A stretch of DNA of 64,000 nt from an uncultured Verrucomicrobiae bacterium (GTDB lineage Bacteria; Verrucomicrobiota; Verrucomicrobiia; Chthoniobacterales; JAFAMB01). The notes under the pieces are model-generated. The model made no database searches and was not told where the DNA came from. It worked only from the letters and a program-made list of their open reading frames with translations. Where the stretch lies: the NCBI GenBank assembly GCA_963762565.1, contig CAVXLD010000012.1, positions 160,001-224,000 on the forward strand. The letters run 5' to 3'. Positions 19,283 to 29,583 of this stretch are shown one piece after another; positions within the stretch are counted from its first letter, which is position 1, and every line of letters starts with the position of its first letter. The position numbers and the translations under genes are program-made.

Positions 19283-19981
19283 TCACCGTTGCTTTGCCCA
19301 ATCCGGCATCTTGTAACCTCGGTGGATCAGGTCGAAGACGGTGAACGACTGTACCTTAGGGGTTTCACGGATCTTTCGATTGGGACCGAAAAAGAAGTCA
19401 TAAGTTTCTTTTTGGGCGGGGTCATCTCGATCCAACGGGCCTGCACTCTGTTGAACCAAGGTCCCATTGTCCACGTAGTAGTACTCCAGGTCGCTCAATA
19501 GATTGGATTGATCACGATCCTTATTGTCCAGCTCGAGACTATACCCCTGAACAAGCCCTTGCCGTTGGAGCTCCGGTATTTCACCGACGTAGATGTTGTC
19601 AAAATCGATCAAAACGTCTGAGTCCGGCGGCGTCATCCGGCGATAGCCGTCTCCGTCCTTTTGATAACCCGCCCAGAGCCATGTGTTCGGCCCCGATTTT
19701 CGATACCAGGTTCCTACGAAAATATCCGGGGTGCCGTCTCCGCCGATATCCACCGAGACTGTTTTGACAATCCACAATCCGCCTGTGTTCTGGATCCTGT
19801 CAGGTACGTTCATCGTGAGGTAATCGGCAATTGGGTCTTTTATGTCTTGCCCGTTCGCGAACGTGCACACCCAGATGCTTAGGCAGGCTGATAGAACACG
19901 AGTGAGAGAAATGAATTGGTGATGAGGCATCCGTTCCATAAGAAGGTAAAAAAAGCGAAATAGGGTTGTACGGTCACTCAC
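19283..19981 (-). CDS. Exported hypothetical protein
   Basis: Signal-like segment ending ANG-Q and a DIGGDGTPD (DxDxDG-like Ca loop) motif; start uncertain. Confidence 0.6.
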   Translation of the reverse strand: MSDRTTLFRFFYLLMERMPHHQFISLTRVLSACLSIWVCTFANGQDIKDPIADYLTMNVPDRIQNTGGLWIVKTVSVDIGGDGTPDIFVGTWYRKSGPNTWLWAGYQKDGDGYRRMTPPDSDVLIDFDNIYVGEIPELQRQGLVQGYSLELDNKDRDQSNLLSDLEYYYVDNGTLVQQSAGPLDRDDPAQKETYDFFFGPNRKIRETPKVQSFTVFDLIHRGYKMPDWAKQR

Positions 19982-20088
19982 ATAAGTCCCATAGGTCTTA
20001 TACGTCCCATCCGTTCAACCGTCCCGCGCGCCCCCAGTAGGAAACCTGGTCCACCTCCCGTTTGCCGCCCCTCCTGGCTCCTGGGTCT

Positions 20089-20889
20089 TCAGGGTCTGAC
20101 CACCCGTACCCGGTATCCGCCGGACTTCTCGTCTGCCTCTAATTTAAGCAGCCCCCGCTTTTGGCCCTCTAACAGCAGATCATTGAACGAACGGAAGCCA
20201 AAGGCGCGTTCGTTGAATCCGGGGCTTCTGCGTTTGATTGCCTGCTTGATCATCGAGCCCCATATATCGTCCTCTTCTTCGCGTTCCTCGGTAATGGCTT
20301 CTAACGTCTGGACAACTAGCTCGATCGCTTTCGCAACAGTCAAACCTTTGCTTTCGGCTGATTTAGCGTCCGAAACAGTGGCCGTGCTCCGCCCTGTTGC
20401 CTTCGAAGGGGCAACGCGAACCAAATCGTCGTAGTAAATGAATTGGTCGCAATTGTTGATAAAAAGATCCGAGGACGATTTTTTAACGCCCACGCCGATG
20501 ACGGTCTTGGCATTTTCCCGGAGCTTGCTGACCAACGGTGAAAAGTCGGAGTCGCCGCTGATAATGACGAAGGTGTCGACGTGACCCTTGGTGTAACAAA
20601 GATCGAGTGCATCAACCACCATTCTGATGTCGGCTGAGTTTTTGCCTGACTGCCGTAGATGCGGGATCTCGATGAGTTCGAAAGCGGTTTCGTGTAAGCC
20701 GCGCTTAAAGTCCTTGTAGCGATCAAAGTCGCAGTAAGCTTTTTTCACGACGATATGTCCCTTAAGCAGAAGACGTTCGACCACCTTCTTGATGTCAAAG
20801 GCGGGGTAATGCGCTTCTTGCGCACCCAGGGCGATATTTTCTAAGTCCAGGAACACCGCCATCGTCGCATTCGAATCATCGGTGTTCAT
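20089..20889 (-). CDS. NYN (LabA/DUF88) domain protein with C-terminal OST-HTH/LOTUS domain
   Basis: VFLDLEN, KNSADIRMVVDA, ISGDSDFSPL, and C-terminal PGFNERAFGFRSFNDLL. Confidence 0.88.
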   Translation of the reverse strand: MNTDDSNATMAVFLDLENIALGAQEAHYPAFDIKKVVERLLLKGHIVVKKAYCDFDRYKDFKRGLHETAFELIEIPHLRQSGKNSADIRMVVDALDLCYTKGHVDTFVIISGDSDFSPLVSKLRENAKTVIGVGVKKSSSDLFINNCDQFIYYDDLVRVAPSKATGRSTATVSDAKSAESKGLTVAKAIELVVQTLEAITEEREEEDDIWGSMIKQAIKRRSPGFNERAFGFRSFNDLLLEGQKRGLLKLEADEKSGGYRVRVVRP

Positions 20890-21061
20890 TTATCTATGAA
20901 AGCGATGGAGGGCGGAGAAATCAACCATTGGTTTTTGCGGGAACAGCCAGCGATCCTTCCCGTGGCGCGGTCTATCTACGTGCTCGGATATAGAACCATC
21001 GGCTACCCCTGCTTCCCTGAATCCCGCTTTTCAGAGGCGAAATTCTCGCTTAAAGGACTGA

Positions 21062-22978
21062 ATGCTCTATTCGAAACTTGCGACCGCCTCGCGTCGCGTA
21101 GAAGCTTTGCTTGTCGTTAGCCTTTTTTGCCTGACTTGCCCAACTTTCGCGGATCAGGCCAAAAAGGAAGTGCACAGCCAAGCTGATCTCCCCCGGGTTT
21201 CTTATCCATTTAAAGGGGCAATCAGTACCTTGCTGCAAGCGGATGACTCGACCTTCGATTCCACGACGAGCCAGGCAATAGCTGAAATCGATTCGCTTTT
21301 AGCCGAATACGATATCCAGGACAACGCAACCCTGATTGAAATACTAACCGCCAAGCTTTCTGTGCAAGAATTGAAAAGAGACGCGGCCGGAGGCCTGGAG
21401 ACTATCGCTAAGCTTCGCGAGCTGCAGTCAAAGCCTGATCTCAAGCTGACCGTAGGATTATTTGATGAGGCGATTCTTAAAGCGCAGCAAAGCGTTTCGA
21501 GCACCCAAGGTGATGAGTACCAAAAGAAAGTAAAGTCGAATTATCAGGAAGCAGTAAATGCGCTCCCTTGGGATACGGTCCAGGACGTCATGAAATCTGC
21601 CCGTAGCATGTCCGGATTGATTTCCGAACCATTGATTTTGGGTCGAGCTGAACGTGATATCCAGCCACAGATCGACCAATCCGGGGCGATTCCGCGGGAC
21701 GCGATGTATCAAGTATTGGAATACCGGGCAGACCTGCGAACAAAACTGCCGCTAAAATCTGTACGGGTAAGTGTGTTGAAGAGTTATGTAGCGGCACACG
21801 ACACAGAAAAACCCGATATTTGGGCAGCTCGTGACGTCACCCTGGCTAGCAGTGATCGTCCGCAAAAGGTGTTAGTTGGAGTATGGGATACCGGCGTCGA
21901 TCCCACCGTCTATCCAGGAAAAACTTATACCTATGCTAACCCTGGTCCTTATCCTGCCCAGGGCCTTGCCTTCACCGATGACGGCTATCCTTCTAATTCT
22001 GCGCTTTATCCGCTGACGCCTGAGAGAAAGAAACAATATCCGGAGGCGTCAGACAGCCTGGAAGCGCGAGCCGATCTGCAGGCCGGTATTGAAACTCCGG
22101 TTACCGATACATTCAAAGAGCGGTTAGCGAAGATGTCGTCGGACGATGTGAAATCGTTGTTTGAGCAACAATCCTTCTTTGGAGGCTTTGCTCATGGTAC
22201 CCATGTCGCTGGCATCGCCTTAAGGGGGAACCCGGCAGCCAAACTGGTTGTATTCCGGTTCAATGACAATCTAAGTGATGAATTGCATTTTCCACCGTCA
22301 ACGGACTATGCGCGCCGGATGGCAGCAAATTTCAAATTGATCGGCGAATTTTGTGCTCAGCATAAGGTGCGGGTGGTGAACTTAAGTTGGGGCGATCAGC
22401 CGTCCGAATTCGAGGAGTGGCTTTCCCGGACGAAAGCGAATCAGACCCCTGAGGAGCGTAAACAAGAGGCCCTGGCCCTGTTCGCCATCTGGAAACAAGC
22501 GATTATCGATGCTATGCAGGCAGCTCCGGGTACCCTGTTTGTCACTGCGGCGGGGAATTCTGATAGCGATGCCGGATTCCTGGAGGATGTGCCGGCGTCT
22601 TTGGAGCTTCCCAATCTGATCACAGTCGGGGCGACCAACCAAGCTGGCGACGCCACGAGCTTTACTAGTTACGGGAAGACCGTGGTGGTTTACGCGAGCG
22701 GTTATCATGTGGAGAGCTTTATCCCTGGTGGCAAGAAAGTGAGACTGTCAGGGACCTCGATGGCCGCACCCCAGGTAACCAACCTCGCCGGCAAACTGTT
22801 TGCGGTTGACCCGGCGCTCACTCCGGAGAAGGCGAAAGAGTTGATTCTCGCCGGCGCCACCCTGAGCGACGATGGTAAACGGAAATTGATCGACGAAAAG
22901 CGAACGTTAGAACTGGTCAAAGAGAAGAGGACGACAGCCAAGACGGGTGAGGAAACAAAGGGAACTGGAGGAAGTTAG
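21062..22978 (+). CDS. Exported S8 subtilase
   Basis: Triad WDTGVD / HGTHVAGI / SGTSMAAP, oxyanion AAGN, signal peptide and a helical N-terminal extension. Confidence 0.9.
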   Translation: MLYSKLATASRRVEALLVVSLFCLTCPTFADQAKKEVHSQADLPRVSYPFKGAISTLLQADDSTFDSTTSQAIAEIDSLLAEYDIQDNATLIEILTAKLSVQELKRDAAGGLETIAKLRELQSKPDLKLTVGLFDEAILKAQQSVSSTQGDEYQKKVKSNYQEAVNALPWDTVQDVMKSARSMSGLISEPLILGRAERDIQPQIDQSGAIPRDAMYQVLEYRADLRTKLPLKSVRVSVLKSYVAAHDTEKPDIWAARDVTLASSDRPQKVLVGVWDTGVDPTVYPGKTYTYANPGPYPAQGLAFTDDGYPSNSALYPLTPERKKQYPEASDSLEARADLQAGIETPVTDTFKERLAKMSSDDVKSLFEQQSFFGGFAHGTHVAGIALRGNPAAKLVVFRFNDNLSDELHFPPSTDYARRMAANFKLIGEFCAQHKVRVVNLSWGDQPSEFEEWLSRTKANQTPEERKQEALALFAIWKQAIIDAMQAAPGTLFVTAAGNSDSDAGFLEDVPASLELPNLITVGATNQAGDATSFTSYGKTVVVYASGYHVESFIPGGKKVRLSGTSMAAPQVTNLAGKLFAVDPALTPEKAKELILAGATLSDDGKRKLIDEKRTLELVKEKRTTAKTGEETKGTGGS

Positions 22979-23003
22979 GTGAACGGTAGGTAGCCCGGGC
23001 GAA

Positions 23004-23284
23004 CTGGAGGGGAGCCGCTTTCGCCCGTTCCGACTCGAGCGCGCAGATTTAGCGGACAGCGAGTACCCAGACGGAAACCGTTTTTTACAGGCGGCTCCCG
23101 GGAACGGCTGCTGGCGAGAATTCACCCGCGGCGTTGCTCGATTTAAGACGACGTTCGCCGTTGCCATATCAGGAGATGTTTCCGGGAGCCGCCTGCTCAT
23201 TACATTTAGATGCGGTGTCTCCAGATTTGGTTCCTCCGTTCTTGCGGCGAGGCCTGGCACCACACAAAAGCGGCTCCCCTCCAG
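23004..23284. repeat. Family C element: 281 bp with perfect 18-bp terminal inverted repeats and an internal inverted pair
   Basis: CTGGAGGGGAGCCGCTTT (23004-21) / AAAGCGGCTCCCCTCCAG (23267-84). Inner pair CAGGCGGCTCCCGGGAAC (23088-105) / GTTTCCGGGAGCCGCCTG (23178-95). Confidence 0.8.
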
Positions 23285-23387
23285 GCCAAAATCTAGCGGC
23301 CCCGAAATACTCCGGGGTAAACGGTAAACGCTTCGCGCCTTTGCAGAGCCCCTTGCTATTTGTCATCTGTTATCTGTCATTCTTCCG

Positions 23388-23993
23388 ATGAGCGGAACAG
23401 AGAATGAAGAACGGGCTTTCCAGGAGGCAATCCGCCGTTTCGAAGAGGCCAACAATGCTGACCCGAACACCGTCATCATTGATGAGAGACCGGTTCCGTA
23501 CGAACTCTTCTACGCTCAACGCCTGACAGAATGGGTCGAACGGCTATCGCCAGGTGCGTCTCCGGCCCTGCTTTTAGCTGCACGTTGCCAACACATCTGT
23601 CGCTGGATGATTCCACGCAGCTCTTACCCAATGACCCGAGCCGGCTATCTGAAGTGGAGAACCGACTTGAAACAGTTCCATGCCCAGAAGTCAGGGCAGA
23701 TTCTGACCGAAAGCGGCTGTTCCCCGGATTTAATTGCCCGGGTGCAAGAACTCAATTTAAAAAAGAACTTAGGTCAAGATCCCGAGTTACAGGTTCTCGA
23801 AGACGCTCTTTGTTTGGTTACCCTTCAATATCAACTAACCGATCTCGTCAGGAAAACTGACCCGGAGAAGATGGTTAGCATTTTGCAAAAGACCTGGAAA
23901 AAGATGTCCGCTCAAGCCCGCGATGAGGCGCTCCGATTGCCATACTCAGAGGATCAGCGCAGCCTTTTGTCAAAAGCGTTGTCCGCGGTTTAG
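23388..23993 (+). CDS. DUF4202 domain protein
   Basis: ANNADPN, P.EL.YAQR, LAARCQHICRW..PRSSYP..RAGYLKWR, QVLEDALCL, KTWKKMS. Confidence 0.8.
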   Translation: MSGTENEERAFQEAIRRFEEANNADPNTVIIDERPVPYELFYAQRLTEWVERLSPGASPALLLAARCQHICRWMIPRSSYPMTRAGYLKWRTDLKQFHAQKSGQILTESGCSPDLIARVQELNLKKNLGQDPELQVLEDALCLVTLQYQLTDLVRKTDPEKMVSILQKTWKKMSAQARDEALRLPYSEDQRSLLSKALSAV

Positions 23994-24031
23994 GCTTCGT
24001 TAGCCCTCAAGGGAGGCAGGAAGGTGGAGGC

Positions 24032-25102
24032 GTGAAGGACGGAAAGAAGGAACAACAACTCTCGAGAGTGCCACAAGGGGCTCAACAGGGGTCGAATTCA
24101 GGCTTGCTGGGGCTGGTGGAACCGGAAGTCTGGACTGAACGCATGTTGGCAACCCTGGAAACGGGGATTGAAGGAGGCAAATGGTCCGACTAATTTATTA
24201 CAGCCTTGGCGTCACAGACCTCCCAGGGCAAGATCAATCAAAAGTGTGCCGATGGCAGAATCACTCGGAAAAGATCTCAGAGGGTTATTCGAATCGCCAA
24301 ACACCAGGAGATCCGATCCTGAAGCTGCAGCGGAGCTAAGGGTCTTTCAGTACTCGCCTTTGGCCGTCAAACGGTATGCATTCTCAAGGGCTGCCAAGAG
24401 AAACCCGATAGGATTTACGGTGACGGTCAGAGATCGGATCCGTACCTTGGTTAGCATGATCCAAGTCACTGAACCGCTCTTCGAACGGGAGTTCGCACAG
24501 CAGAGCTACGGCTGCCGTTCTGGGAAAGGGTGTAAAGAGGCACTACGCCGAGTAGAAGAGCTTTCTAAGTAGCGGCAGAACTGGGTATAGATGCCGTTCT
24601 GAAAAGCTACTTTGGGACCATACCGCATGAGGGGCTGATGGAACGAGTCGGAGAGAAAATCGCCGACTCCAGAGTACTGAAGCTGATCAAGGCTATGCTA
24701 CAGGCCGGAGTGATGGACAGCCTGAAAGGATGGCAAGCGACAGAACAAGGCAGCCCGCAAGGAGCAGTAATCAGTCCGCTCTTATCAAACATCTACCTTA
24801 ACGGACTGGACTGGAAAATGGAACGAAACGGCTATGAGATGGTGAGGTACGCGGACGACTTCGTCGTGCTGTGTAGGAGCCAAGAACAAGCCCAGGAGGC
24901 CCTAAAACAGATCAGACAGTGGGTAGAGGTAAACGGACTGAATCTGTACCCGAGCAAAACTTGGTTAGTAGATGCTTGCCAAAGAGGAGGGTTGGAGATC
25001 TTGGGTTAAAACTTTGAAAAGGGAAAGAAATGGCCACGCAAAAAGAGCCTAGATAAACTCAAAGACACCATAAGGAGCAAAACCTGTCGCACCAGCGGCA
25101 GG
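24032..25102 (+). pseudogene. ltrA: Group II intron reverse transcriptase/maturase remnant
   Basis: Fragments in shifting frames: VEPEVWTERMLATLETGIEGGKW, TVRDRI, EPLFEREF..SYG.R.GKG, YF.TIPH, GSPQGAVISPLLSNIYL, YADDFV, KWPRKKSL. Stops at 24570 and 25007, frameshifts, truncated maturase, no domain V/VI seen. Confidence 0.88.
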
Positions 25103-25378
25103 ACCAATTGGGGCAGCGTGGGTTTTTTTGGACCGCTGACCGTACATCCGGACTTTTGGGATCGCGGCGTTGCCAAACGGCTGCTCGAACCAGCGATGGA
25201 ACTCTTCACCAAATGGGTTACGACCCATGAAGGTCTATATACCTTCGCCGCCAGTCCTAAGCATGTCGCTCTGTATCAAAAATTTGGATTCTTTCCGCGT
25301 TTTCTCACCGCGGTTATGTCGAAGCCAGTCGACTCGGGCCCTTACTTGAGATCCTCCGCAACTTTCCTTGGCGATTGA
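25103..25378 (+). pseudogene. Internal fragment of a GNAT acetyltransferase
   Basis: TNWGSVGFFGPLTVHPDFWDRGVAKRLL (motif A) ... ALYQKFGF (motif B). No start of its own; runs into the 3' end of the convergent gene. Confidence 0.7.
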
Positions 25379-26379
25379 TTGTTCTCGATCAGATAAAGTC
25401 CGGTTTCCTCTGATCCTTTCGGCGAACCTCGGTAAAAGACCTTTTTCCCAGATGCGCTGATACAGAGCAGCGATTCTGACCGGTTCTCGGCGTAAAATTG
25501 AGCTGAAGCGAGTTCGGCTTTGTACAAGTCCAGTCGTTTATCCAGTTCAAAATAGGAATCATCCGCCGCGTTTTGATCGGACGATACCATACCCACCTTG
25601 GGATCCGGAGCGGCGACACTCAGAATTGTGCCGAACCCGCTTCCGCCCAACCTTAAACTTTGCAGATAAATCCGGTCAGGCCCGGCTGCCGTCACTTGCA
25701 CGCCTTGGCCGCTGGGTGTGGCGTCATCGGTCTCAAGAGTGGCGAGGGGAGCGATCCGGATCGCATTCAAATAATACATATGTACCGTTCCCTTCCCGCG
25801 AAGTTCTTCTGGCTCGAGAACGATGCTGCCGCACCACAGATCACCTCGATACCCGAAAAAGAGTTGCCCCCTCGGGGAGAAGCTCATCCCTTCCAAGGAG
25901 TCTACTCTGCGGACAAAGACCGCAATTGGGCGTTTCTCATCTTTGGGGAGGAACCATAGGTTGGTGTTTTCCCCTGACGTAGTAAAAAAAACGATGGAGC
26001 CATTCGTGGGATTGTACGCGAAATCCTCTGGTTTCCATTTCTCGGGAGTTCCGTCGGCCGAGAGCTTTTTCTGAAAAGAGAAAACTAAGACCGCTTTGTT
26101 GGCGGTTGCGTCATATGCGAGCAGGTCGTCGCCCTGAAGAACCAAAATGTTTCCGGTGTTCGACCGGCCAAGGCCGGTAATCTGACCCTGATGAATCTCC
26201 TTGGGCAGAGTAGGCTTGTTTGATTTGCCCGAGGCGAGATCGAGCTGCAGCAGCTGCTTATCATCATTTATCAGATAGACCGAGGCTTCCTCTTGGGAAA
26301 AGACGGCCGATGCTGCTATGGCCGGCCTGGACGGGAGGAAGACGCCGATTAGCAACAAAATTTTGCTAAGAGTCTCCAC
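25342..26379 (-). CDS. Exported hypothetical protein, possibly beta-propeller
   Basis: Signal peptide and repeated short beta-strand patterns (DFAYNP, GMSFSP). Confidence 0.6.
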   Translation of the reverse strand: METLSKILLLIGVFLPSRPAIAASAVFSQEEASVYLINDDKQLLQLDLASGKSNKPTLPKEIHQGQITGLGRSNTGNILVLQGDDLLAYDATANKAVLVFSFQKKLSADGTPEKWKPEDFAYNPTNGSIVFFTTSGENTNLWFLPKDEKRPIAVFVRRVDSLEGMSFSPRGQLFFGYRGDLWCGSIVLEPEELRGKGTVHMYYLNAIRIAPLATLETDDATPSGQGVQVTAAGPDRIYLQSLRLGGSGFGTILSVAAPDPKVGMVSSDQNAADDSYFELDKRLDLYKAELASAQFYAENRSESLLCISASGKKVFYRGSPKGSEETGLYLIENNQSPRKVAEDLK

Positions 26380-26432
26380 AAATTAGACTTCTCGCGTCCC
26401 AGGGCCCTCACGCCCGCCTTAATCGAAAACGC

Positions 26433-27560
26433 TTAACGGATAACCTTTTGGGTTTCGGGGTCGAACAAAGTCACTTTGTCGGCGGCAAGCTGCACCGTCA
26501 GTTTCTGACCTAAATGGTAGAGATGTTCGCCTTGGATTCGAGCAATCAGATAGCCGGTACCTGACTTCAGATACACGATCGACTCAGAACCCATCGGTTC
26601 CGCGATATCCACCGTTGAAGTTAATGGGATGCTCGGACCTGCCTTTGCCGATTCGCTGATGTTCTCAGGCCGGATCCCGAACACGATGTTTTTATCAACG
26701 TAATTGCTCGCCAGGGATTGGATCGCGCCGGTTAGAGGCGCCACTAAACCATCTTTCTCCGCGTTCTCGACGAAATAAATGCCGTCCGCCCGCTTCTGGA
26801 CCTTACCCTGGAGCAAGTTCATGGGCGGGCTACCGATGAAGCTGGCGACAAACATATTTTCCGGCTTCATGTAAAGCGTGAGCGGATCGGCCACCTGCAT
26901 AATGATGCCGTCTCGCATCACGCAGATCCGATCGCCCATCGTCATCGCTTCGATTTGGTCGTGAGTAACATAGATCATTGTGGTACCCAACTCGGCGTGC
27001 AATCGGGTGATCTCCGAGCGCATCTGCACGCGCATCTTGGCGTCCAAATTTGAAAGCGGTTCGTCAAAAAGAAACACACTGGGATCCCGGACAATCGCTC
27101 GCCCCAGAGCCACCCGTTGGCGTTGACCGCCTGAAAGGGCTTGAGGTTTCCGGTCCATCATATGGTCCAGTTGTAGCGCCTTGGCGGTTCTATTCACCAC
27201 CGTTTTGATCTCGTCTTTTGGCTTCTTCACGACTTCCAGCGCGTACGCCATGTTCTTAAAGAGGTTAAAATGGGGGTACAACGCGTAACTCTGGAAAACC
27301 ATGGCGATTCCCCGGTCTTTAGGTTCGAGGTGGTTCACCACTTTTCCGCCGATAGAAATGGTGCCGCTGGTGACTCTCTCCAGGCCGGCAATCATTCGCA
27401 GGGTAGTCGATTTTCCGCATCCGGAAGGGCCGACTAACACCATGAACTCGCCGTTCTTGATGTCTAAATCGATACCCTTGACGGCGGTGAAGGTCGGGCG
27501 TCCCCGATCATCAGTATAAGTTTTGACCAGATCTTTAATCTCTACGGAGGCTTCGCTCAT
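26433..27560 (-). CDS. Sugar ABC transporter ATP-binding protein (MalK/UgpC type)
   Basis: [45 protein letters not shown] tail. Confidence 0.93.
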   Translation of the reverse strand: MSEASVEIKDLVKTYTDDRGRPTFTAVKGIDLDIKNGEFMVLVGPSGCGKSTTLRMIAGLERVTSGTISIGGKVVNHLEPKDRGIAMVFQSYALYPHFNLFKNMAYALEVVKKPKDEIKTVVNRTAKALQLDHMMDRKPQALSGGQRQRVALGRAIVRDPSVFLFDEPLSNLDAKMRVQMRSEITRLHAELGTTMIYVTHDQIEAMTMGDRICVMRDGIIMQVADPLTLYMKPENMFVASFIGSPPMNLLQGKVQKRADGIYFVENAEKDGLVAPLTGAIQSLASNYVDKNIVFGIRPENISESAKAGPSIPLTSTVDIAEPMGSESIVYLKSGTGYLIARIQGEHLYHLGQKLTVQLAADKVTLFDPETQKVIR

Positions 27561-27781
27561 GAGGTGATTTCTGGGGGGGTATAATTTTCTGCCAGGCCGA
27601 CGCTAGACGATACGGCGCCGAGTCACGGAAGCGAGCTTCGGCCATTTTCATTTGGGGGGAAATTGCAGGCGAACCAAGGTGAGAGTACCTCGAATTTAGC
27701 CAGGGCTCACGCAAATTGTTTAGCAAGCCGGAATCAACTTCTTCTCGGGTCTTGACTTGAGCGACGAAGTTGCTTGGCCTT

Positions 27782-27898
27782 GGAGGGATCGCGTCCTCGC
27801 GATCCGCGGTCGGAGCTGACCGCGTTGGTTAACCGGGAAACAATTGCGCCGATGGGTAATGGCACATCTTCGCGGCGCGCGAGGACGCGCGCCCTCCC
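27782..27898. repeat. REP/REPIN-like element family A, copy 4
   Basis: GGAGGGATCGCGTCCTCGCGATCCG ... CGCGGCGCGCGAGGACGCGCGCCCTCCC. Confidence 0.85.
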
Positions 27899-27909
27899 GG
27901 GTTTCCTCT

Positions 27910-28473
27910 CTACCAAGAAAACATCCCCCGGCCAGCGACTGGCTCGGTTTTAAGAGTGGCGGGAGCGGTTTGAATCTTTTGACGCAACGCCAACAGCTCC
28001 TGGCGCGCCCTTTCGTATTGAGCTTTAAAGGCGTCTTTGGAGGTGTACGCGTTGGGCTGTTCGAGGTCCCAGGCCAGCGCACGGTCAATCGCGCTGACCA
28101 GAGCCTTGGAATCCCGGTCCACATGGGCGTAAATCGATTGGCCGACGCTATTTGTGAGCAGCCATAAATGGTATGTCTCGTCAGAGGTCTGGCCGTCTTT
28201 GCCGGTCGCTAATATCCAGGCTCGGTAACGAATCAAACCAACGTAATACCAGAAGGCGGCCTCATCCTTCTGGCCCTCACGATAGAGTTCAGTCGCTAGA
28301 GAAAAATAAGTGGCGGGCGGTTTATCGACGATCCCATCGGCTAGCTGTTGAATGGTTTGTGCGGCCTCCGGTTCCCGTGCCAGAGCGACTTGGCATAAGA
28401 CCACGGTGGCGGTTGCAAGAATAACAAGTTCTCGGTGCATAAAGGCGTCTGGGCGAAATTGAGGCTCCGCCAT
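27910..28473 (-). CDS. Exported hypothetical helical protein
   Basis: Signal-like segment then A..LY..G.KDEAAFWYYVG.IR; starts 4 bp after the oxidoreductase stop. Confidence 0.6.
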   Translation of the reverse strand: MAEPQFRPDAFMHRELVILATATVVLCQVALAREPEAAQTIQQLADGIVDKPPATYFSLATELYREGQKDEAAFWYYVGLIRYRAWILATGKDGQTSDETYHLWLLTNSVGQSIYAHVDRDSKALVSAIDRALAWDLEQPNAYTSKDAFKAQYERARQELLALRQKIQTAPATLKTEPVAGRGMFSW

Positions 28474-28476
28474 TGC

Positions 28477-29574
28477 TTAGGAAGACTCTTTAATGGGGTG
28501 TATTATTCCGTCGGGCATCCGGTAGGCTTCGTAAATTTGCAACAACTCAAGCGCATCTTCGAGGGTTCCGTAAGCTGGGTCTTTCCCGTCCAACAATCGA
28601 GTGGTGAACTGAATCACCTCGGGAGCATAGCCTAGCAGAAAAAGGCCCTTGTTGTATAGCTGGCCCAGCGAGAACTCCGGTTCCCAGTAGAGTGGCGCAG
28701 AATCGTCCGTTATTGCGTCGAAATAATTACCGGCCCGGCCGTACGCGATTTTGCTTTTGGAACGCCGGTAATGAATCAAGCGAACGTTGTTTTCGACGAC
28801 CAGGTTTTCGCCGGCTCCAATAATCTCTAGTCGTTCCAGGAATGATGTAGACGATTGGCCGCTGCTCAGATGCAGGTTGCCGGCTGCACCGCTGGTGAAT
28901 CGGATCGAGACGGTTGCGGATCCGACTGCATTATTGCGGTTCACAAAAATCCATTCGATCGGCCCGCCAAGTAGACGCAGCACCGAGTGCGGATGAACGA
29001 TGTGATCCAGGAAACCAATCATTTTCTTTGGGTCACCTCGATCTTCTAACGGAGGTAGCGATTGCGGATAACGAGCCGTGATCGAAGTGATCGGACCGAA
29101 GTCCGGACGCCTGATAATCTCTTTTGCTTTCACGTTGGCCGGGAAAAACATCTTCTTAAGACCAACGCCGACCTGGCGCTTCGTTTCCGAACTCACTCGG
29201 ATCATTTCCCGGATCTCAGCCGAAGAGCTTGCAGGCGGTTTTTCAATCCAGACGTGTATGCCCGCCCGGAGACAATCGATGGCCAATTTCGGGTATCGCG
29301 GCCGTCCGTTTTCATCAACGTTGGTGACGATGAAGACGACATCCAATTCTTCCTTCCCCAACATCTGCATGTAATCCGTGTAATGGCGCTCCGCGCCGAA
29401 GACTTTCGCACAGGCGGCTGCCCGGACAGGATCGAGATCGCACACGGCGAGCAGGTTCACCGGAGCGTATTGAAAAGTCGGATAAATGTTTCGATAAGCG
29501 TGTCCGCCGCAGCCGATAAAACCGGTACGCAAGTGCTTTGGGTACTCGTAGTTATAAGTGACGGGCATAATCAC
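28477..29574 (-). CDS. Gfo/Idh/MocA family oxidoreductase
   Basis: GFIGCGG Rossmann motif, HVWIEKP, DHIVH. Confidence 0.88.
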   Translation of the reverse strand: MIMPVTYNYEYPKHLRTGFIGCGGHAYRNIYPTFQYAPVNLLAVCDLDPVRAAACAKVFGAERHYTDYMQMLGKEELDVVFIVTNVDENGRPRYPKLAIDCLRAGIHVWIEKPPASSSAEIREMIRVSSETKRQVGVGLKKMFFPANVKAKEIIRRPDFGPITSITARYPQSLPPLEDRGDPKKMIGFLDHIVHPHSVLRLLGGPIEWIFVNRNNAVGSATVSIRFTSGAAGNLHLSSGQSSTSFLERLEIIGAGENLVVENNVRLIHYRRSKSKIAYGRAGNYFDAITDDSAPLYWEPEFSLGQLYNKGLFLLGYAPEVIQFTTRLLDGKDPAYGTLEDALELLQIYEAYRMPDGIIHPIKESS

Positions 29575-29583
29575 GATCGGAAG

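Noticed and set aside
20089..20889. NYN protein as a toxin or defence nuclease
   Set aside because: Common stand-alone NYN-LOTUS architecture with no partner or defence genes nearby.
24032..25378. Retron, DGR or defence RT system
   Set aside because: Motifs and the maturase segment are group II intron-like, the ORF is broken, and no template/variable repeat or msr-msd was seen.
1200..27898. CRISPR array or integron attC sites from the repeated palindromes
   Set aside because: Copies are dispersed rather than regularly spaced, no cas or integrase gene is present, and there are no RYYYAAC/GTTRRRY ends.
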